NCBI GenBank assembly: GCA_021775855.1
Contig: JAJFGZ010000002.1
Span: 5,723 to 69,722 of the forward strand
Direction of reading: 5' to 3'
DNA length: 64,000 bases
From: Hyphomicrobiales bacterium
Lineage (GTDB): Bacteria; Pseudomonadota; Alphaproteobacteria; Rhizobiales; NORP267
The translations under genes were made by a program, and so were the position numbers. Shown in pieces: positions 59,601-64,000 of this stretch; positions within the stretch are counted from its first letter, which is position 1; every line of letters begins with the position of its first letter. Under the pieces are notes generated by a model, which made no database searches, was not told the origin of the DNA, and saw only the letters and a list, made by a program, of their open reading frames with translations.

Positions 59601-60416
59601 TTATTGCCGGGCCCACACAACCGGCCATAAATCGCTATCAAGCGGGCCTCCGGATTTGATATCCGGGGTCCAGGCCATGGGCTGGATTTTCGGGTGTGGG
59701 GTATAAACAGCATCGTCTCCGGCCCAGCGGGTTATCATCGCACGGCGCCGACGGTCCGGATTTGCATTTCCCGGCGCGCCGTGGACGAGCAACCCGTGAT
59801 GCACCGTGCAGTCCCCCGGCTCCATATCGAATTGTGCGAATTCAAGTTCGTCGCGCATGGACGCAATATCCGGGACTTTGGGCAAGCCCGTATCGTAGCG
59901 GCTATCCCCGGCAAATGCAGGCGGCGCGTATTCAGCCCCCCAAAGATGGGAACCTTTGACATATTCGACTGCGCCGGAATTCTGATCGACCACGTCGAGT
60001 GCAAGCCATACGGTGCAAACCTGCCGTCCGCGCACGGGCCAATAAGTCATATCGTGGTGCCACGGCGTTGGTTCTTCCGTGCCCGGTTCCTTGATCAGCA
60101 ACTGGTCGAAGAAAATATTCACTTTATCGGAGCGCATGGCCGAGGCAGCGATTTTCGCGGCGGGCGATTCAAACACGAAATCCTTAAAACCCGTCATCCT
60201 GGTCCACATGAAGGTATCGAAAAAGAACCGGCCGGGGCCATCGCCTTTTTCCAGTTCCATATGAAGCGGACCCGGATTGGCCATGTCTTCATCCGCCAAC
60301 GCAGCCAGACGCGCCAGCCATTCAGCACTAAACAATCCTTTCAAGCAGACGATGCCGTCTACTTCAAACTGCCGGATTTCGTCTTCGGTCAAATCGCGGA
60401 TTTTGGTATCCGTCAT
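59601..60416 (-). CDS. Phytanoyl-CoA dioxygenase (PhyH) family Fe(II)/2-oxoglutarate oxygenase
   Basis: Start is at ATG 60416 (MTDTKIRDLTEDEIRQFEVDGIVCLKGLF). The metal triad context is WHHDMTYW...HGAPGN. Confidence 0.8.
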   Translation of the reverse strand: MTDTKIRDLTEDEIRQFEVDGIVCLKGLFSAEWLARLAALADEDMANPGPLHMELEKGDGPGRFFFDTFMWTRMTGFKDFVFESPAAKIAASAMRSDKVNIFFDQLLIKEPGTEEPTPWHHDMTYWPVRGRQVCTVWLALDVVDQNSGAVEYVKGSHLWGAEYAPPAFAGDSRYDTGLPKVPDIASMRDELEFAQFDMEPGDCTVHHGLLVHGAPGNANPDRRRRAMITRWAGDDAVYTPHPKIQPMAWTPDIKSGGPLDSDLWPVVWARQ

Positions 60417-60575
60417 GGGTGCATAGCTCCATTGGTCGGCTGCCAGCGAGGTCTTGGAGTACCCAACATGATCGCCGAGATTTGATCGCGACGCAATCTT
60501 TCCGGAGCGGAATATTAGACTGTGCACTGCCTGGGAGGTGGCCTGACAGAATATTTACAGATATTGACCCGGGGA

Positions 60576-60956
60576 CTATTCGGACTGGGGAACCACTGGC
60601 CCGGACGGCTGACTTTGCTGGCGCAGGATATCCAGTACGCCGCCGCTTCCCGTACCCGTTTCACCACCCTCGCCGGTTGATGTCGGAACCTGAATTTCGG
60701 TCTCGATATTGTCGAAAATTGCACCGGGTCCAGTTTCCGAATTGCGGGCATACAATGTAAGGCTGATGCTGGTTGCAAAGAAGACAACCGCCAGAATGCC
60801 GGTTGTCTTGGTCAAAATGTCGCCGGCGCCGCGGGCGCTCATAAATCCACCGCCACCACCGATACCAAGCGCACCCCCTTCAGAGCGCTGCAGGAGCACG
60901 ACGCCTATCAGCGCCAACACCACCATCAGGTGAATTGTTATCAATACGGTTTGCAT
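60576..60956 (-). CDS. secG: Preprotein translocase subunit SecG
   Basis: MQTVLITIHLMVVLALIGVVLLQRSEGG...GGGG...R is the canonical SecG pattern. A long C-terminal tail follows. Confidence 0.85.
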   Translation of the reverse strand: MQTVLITIHLMVVLALIGVVLLQRSEGGALGIGGGGGFMSARGAGDILTKTTGILAVVFFATSISLTLYARNSETGPGAIFDNIETEIQVPTSTGEGGETGTGSGGVLDILRQQSQPSGPVVPQSE

Positions 60957-61061
60957 GGATTCGCTGTCCGGCCACGTTCATTGGAGAAACTGTGGGTTCT
61001 ATATAGGCATCGCGTGGCAAATACCATAATTTTTGAGGGTGTTTTTATGCCCTTTTCCAAG

Positions 61062-62054
61062 TCAACTGTTTAAACGATCCGGCCAGATTTCGGGAACCGT
61101 GTCCATCAACAATGACCTGAGCCATCGATGGGCGTTGTCGCCGTCATTTCGACTGTGCCAAATTGCATGGACCGGGGTCGGGGTATCGGCATAGGGCAAT
61201 TCGTGGACCGCCAGTTGCCGTGTCTGCTCAAAATGAGACGCCAGCGCTGCCGGGACAATCCCCAAAAGCCGAGATTCGGCGAGGATATCCGGCATCGCCA
61301 GAAAGTGAGGGAGCATCATTGAAAATCTTGCCTGTTCGCCATTTTTTGATAGCGCCGAAACCAAGGCCGCGCGGTCAAACATCTCCGAGCGGCGCGCCAA
61401 TCCCCGCTCCGAGATAAACCCCTCCTTCGCGCCTTCTTCCAGACCACCAAGGGATACCGCCACCAACAGAAATTCGACCAGATCGGAAATTTCGATGCGC
61501 TTGCCCACGAGCGGGTGATTTTTGCACGATACCAGGAGATCCCGGTCGCGGAAAAGTTCGACAGAATCATAGCGTCGCGGAACAAGTCCGAAACCAGCGA
61601 TCGCGATATCTATCCGGCCTAAATCAAGTTGTTCGGCGAGGTCGATGCGCGTACCCGGACGTATAATGAATTCGATGTTTGGTGCAATCGACCGGGTCTT
61701 TGCGCCAATTTTTGGCAAAAGCATGGTGCTCAAATAGTCATTCGCGGCGATGACGAATTGCCGGTCTGATCGCAACGGAACAAACCCTGTTGCCGATACC
61801 GCCAATTCGACCCTCACCAGCGCTTCACGGGTATTCTCCGCCATGGCAAGTGCCCGCGATGTCGGCTGCATGCCGGCCCCGGTGCGCACGAACAATTCGT
61901 CTCCAAACTGGGCTCGCATTTTTGCGAGGGAATGGCTGATTGCCGAAGAACTGATGCCGATACGTGTGGCGGCTCCCCTGACACTGCGTTCCTGCATCAA
62001 GGCGTCAAAAACACGCAGAAAATTTAGATCGAGGTTATTCCGAAATATATCCAT
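61062..62054 (-). CDS. LysR-family transcriptional regulator
   Basis: The HTH is LNFLRVFDALMQERSVRGAATRIGISSSAISHSLAKMRAQFG. It is divergent from the nitroreductase gene. Confidence 0.88.
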   Translation of the reverse strand: MDIFRNNLDLNFLRVFDALMQERSVRGAATRIGISSSAISHSLAKMRAQFGDELFVRTGAGMQPTSRALAMAENTREALVRVELAVSATGFVPLRSDRQFVIAANDYLSTMLLPKIGAKTRSIAPNIEFIIRPGTRIDLAEQLDLGRIDIAIAGFGLVPRRYDSVELFRDRDLLVSCKNHPLVGKRIEISDLVEFLLVAVSLGGLEEGAKEGFISERGLARRSEMFDRAALVSALSKNGEQARFSMMLPHFLAMPDILAESRLLGIVPAALASHFEQTRQLAVHELPYADTPTPVHAIWHSRNDGDNAHRWLRSLLMDTVPEIWPDRLNS

Positions 62055-62311
62055 GTGCCGAACTTTCTCAAAATTCAGATTTTTGCCCGCTGTCCGCAGG
62101 GCTCCAATTGCACCAATGGGTCAAATTACTATGATGAGCAATTCGAAATATAACAATGCTTATTTTTCATTTTGTTCATGTTGATGCGCGTGATCTATTC
62201 CTCTCGATCGGGTCCCGTCAATTGTTCAAAATTGGAGGTGTGACGCCGGCTTCTGGCGCAAAGGAGAATGACAATGGTTTCGAACGGGTTCGATGACAGG
62301 AAGTCAGGGGA

Positions 62312-63025
62312 ATGACGGACGGGTCCGCGAAACGTCACCGGGACAGGAGGCTCAACGCTGTTGATCAGGCCATCGTCGACCGGTATTCCGCACGCTATTT
62401 CCTGGACAAGCAGGTATCGCGGAATGAAATTGCTGAAATCCTGGAGATCGCCGGTCATGCCCCAAGTGGCGCAAACATCCAGCCTTGGCGCGTCTACGTG
62501 GTCGGAGGAGAGGTCAAGGAATCCCTATGCACTGCGATCTCGCGGGAATATGCCGCGAACGCCGCTGGCCATGTTTCCGAGTATAAATATTATACTGAAC
62601 CGCTGCACGAGCCTTTCCTCTCCCGACGGAAAAAATTTGGTGAGATTTTTTATGGCGCGCTGGATATTGAATATTCAGACCTGGAAGCCCGACAAAGACA
62701 GACGGCCAGAAATTTCCAATTTTTTGAAGCCCCTGTTGGGTTGATTTTCACGATCAACCGCCGCCTCGAGGTTGGGAGCTGGTTGGACCTGGGCATGTTT
62801 ATTCAGTCCTTCATGGTTTCCGCAAAAGGACGCGGGTTTGATACTTGCGCCCAGGAAACCTGGTCGAAATTTCACACCGAGATCCGGCACCACCTGCCCT
62901 TGTCGGAGGAAGAGCTTGTTGTCTGTGCGGTATCACTAGGTTTTTCCGACCCGGGAAAGAGTAAAACGCGCGGCGTTCAAACCCGGCTTAGAATTGATGA
63001 ATTTTCCCAGTTTTTTGGCTTCTAA
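62312..63025 (+). CDS. Nitroreductase family protein
   Basis: 237 aa. RYSARYFLDKQVSRNEIAEILEIAGHAPSGANIQPWRVYVV is the canonical nitroreductase N-terminal FMN-binding region. Confidence 0.85.
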   Translation: MTDGSAKRHRDRRLNAVDQAIVDRYSARYFLDKQVSRNEIAEILEIAGHAPSGANIQPWRVYVVGGEVKESLCTAISREYAANAAGHVSEYKYYTEPLHEPFLSRRKKFGEIFYGALDIEYSDLEARQRQTARNFQFFEAPVGLIFTINRRLEVGSWLDLGMFIQSFMVSAKGRGFDTCAQETWSKFHTEIRHHLPLSEEELVVCAVSLGFSDPGKSKTRGVQTRLRIDEFSQFFGF

Positions 63026-63078
63026 GCAGGCACCTGCTTTTGGGTCCGGATCCACATATCGGCGATTGAGGTGAAAGA

Positions 63079-63606
63079 ATGGATATGAAGGCGCAATTGA
63101 TTGAGCGGAGCATCGCGTTTTTGGAGGTTTTCAAAAACCATACACCGGGTGCGGAACTAGAAACGCTCCTCAACGAGGAGTATGGACCAGGTACGGAAAC
63201 CTACGAAGTCCTTGCGAGACTTGTTAAGACAGGGGTTTCGGACGGTTGGGCGGCCGACGAAGAAATATCCGGACGGCGCTACCGCCGCAGTCGGTTGGCG
63301 GATCCCTGTTCCGATACTTTCTATTTCAGTATCACAACGGTGTATATGGACAGTCAGGATATCTTTCGGGGTGACTACCACGCGCACCCCTATGGCGAAA
63401 TCAACCTTGTGGTGCCAGTCGAAGATGGCGCGGCGATAGCCGGCCCAAACGGATGGTGCAGCGGTGGCTGGACCGCGCCCCCGCCAGGCAGCCATCACTA
63501 CCCGGAAGTCAGAGGAGGCAGTGCAATTGCGCTCTTCTACCTGCCGGCAGGGCGCATTTCATATAATATTTCTCCACTCGCAGTGGGGATGCCCGGAAAG
63601 GATTGA
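63079..63606 (+). CDS. DUF4863 family protein (possible hydroxylaminobenzoate-lyase-like)
   Basis: 175 aa. YHAHPYGEINLVVP...GGW...GSHHYPEV...ALFYLPAGRI resembles DUF4863 proteins as I remember them. Confidence 0.65.
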   Translation: MDMKAQLIERSIAFLEVFKNHTPGAELETLLNEEYGPGTETYEVLARLVKTGVSDGWAADEEISGRRYRRSRLADPCSDTFYFSITTVYMDSQDIFRGDYHAHPYGEINLVVPVEDGAAIAGPNGWCSGGWTAPPPGSHHYPEVRGGSAIALFYLPAGRISYNISPLAVGMPGKD

Positions 63607-63868
63607 AGCTTTGCCCACCGCCAATCGACTATGAAACATAGAAAATTGAAGGAGTTTTTTACTTCCTCTTCGATTTGTCGCGATTGCCAATAGGGGCTAT
63701 ACTTCCCACTATCATTTCAGGTTTGTGGGTAAAGTAGGATTTGTTTAACAAGTAAAATAAAGTTTGGATGCGAGAACATTCCAGACTAGCATTAAATATA
63801 AAAAATTGCAGACCGGCCAAAGACAATGAGGGTTTGGCCAAGTGAGTGGAAGAAACAGGGAGACTGAA

Positions 63869-64000
63869 ATGAGCATATCTTACAAAGGCTTGGCGATAGG
63901 CGCCGTAATGGCGCTGACGTCGCTTGGAGCAACAACACCAACTTTCTCGCAAGAGGTTACCTTGACCGGCGCGAGCTGTTTTCCAATCGGGAGCCCTCCG
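63869..64000 (+). CDS. Secreted/periplasmic protein, N-terminal fragment (possibly a solute-binding protein); 3' end lies outside the window
   Basis: ATG 63869 is preceded by GGGAG. The signal peptide is MSISYKGLAIGAVMALTSLGATTPTFS. The frame is open to the window end. Confidence 0.45.
   Translation, partial: MSISYKGLAIGAVMALTSLGATTPTFSQEVTLTGASCFPIGSPP

Noticed and set aside
59694-60485. 263-aa plus-strand ORF
   Set aside because: It is antisense to the PhyH-family gene and carries no motif. The minus-strand frame has the oxygenase metal-binding context and a sensible start.

Overview
This window is a chromosomal, mostly housekeeping segment that looks alphaproteobacterial. The pointers are a PdhB with an N-terminal lipoyl domain, an aapJQMP-type amino-acid permease, an NDUFS4-like gene, and a secG-pyrG-kdsA-eno-ftsB-pdhABC-lpd-lipA backbone. 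GC content looks high by eye but was not computed. I call 68 CDS: 2 are truncated by the window edges and one 54-aa gene is missing from the ORF track. I also call 3 tRNAs (Arg-UCU, Pro-UGG, Glu-UUC) and 2 intrinsic terminators. I saw no rRNA, CRISPR array, transposase, integrase or phage genes. Many long ORFs in the track are antisense shadows of real genes. Where a start differs from the track, I moved it to an internal ATG, GTG or TTG that has a Shine-Dalgarno sequence or removes an overlap. The most unusual feature is an eight-gene, translationally coupled minus-strand operon (15127-22559) beside a divergent LysR gene. Three unrelated redox modules in it each carry a complete Rieske [2Fe-2S] motif: a GltS-type FMN/Fe-S domain, a PoxB/ALS-type thiamine-diphosphate enzyme, and a ferric-reductase-like membrane domain. 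They sit with three tiny membrane proteins, a Cys-rich protein of unknown family and a cation:proton antiporter. I do not recognise this as a described system. The second notable locus is a URC1-like GTP cyclohydrolase II, a URC4/DUF1688 protein and upp in a row (11007-14176), the bacterial counterpart of the yeast URC uracil-catabolism core. The third is a LysR / nitroreductase / DUF4863 locus (61062-63606) that resembles pnbR-pnbA-pnbB. All functional calls come from reading the translations and recognising motifs. No database search was run.
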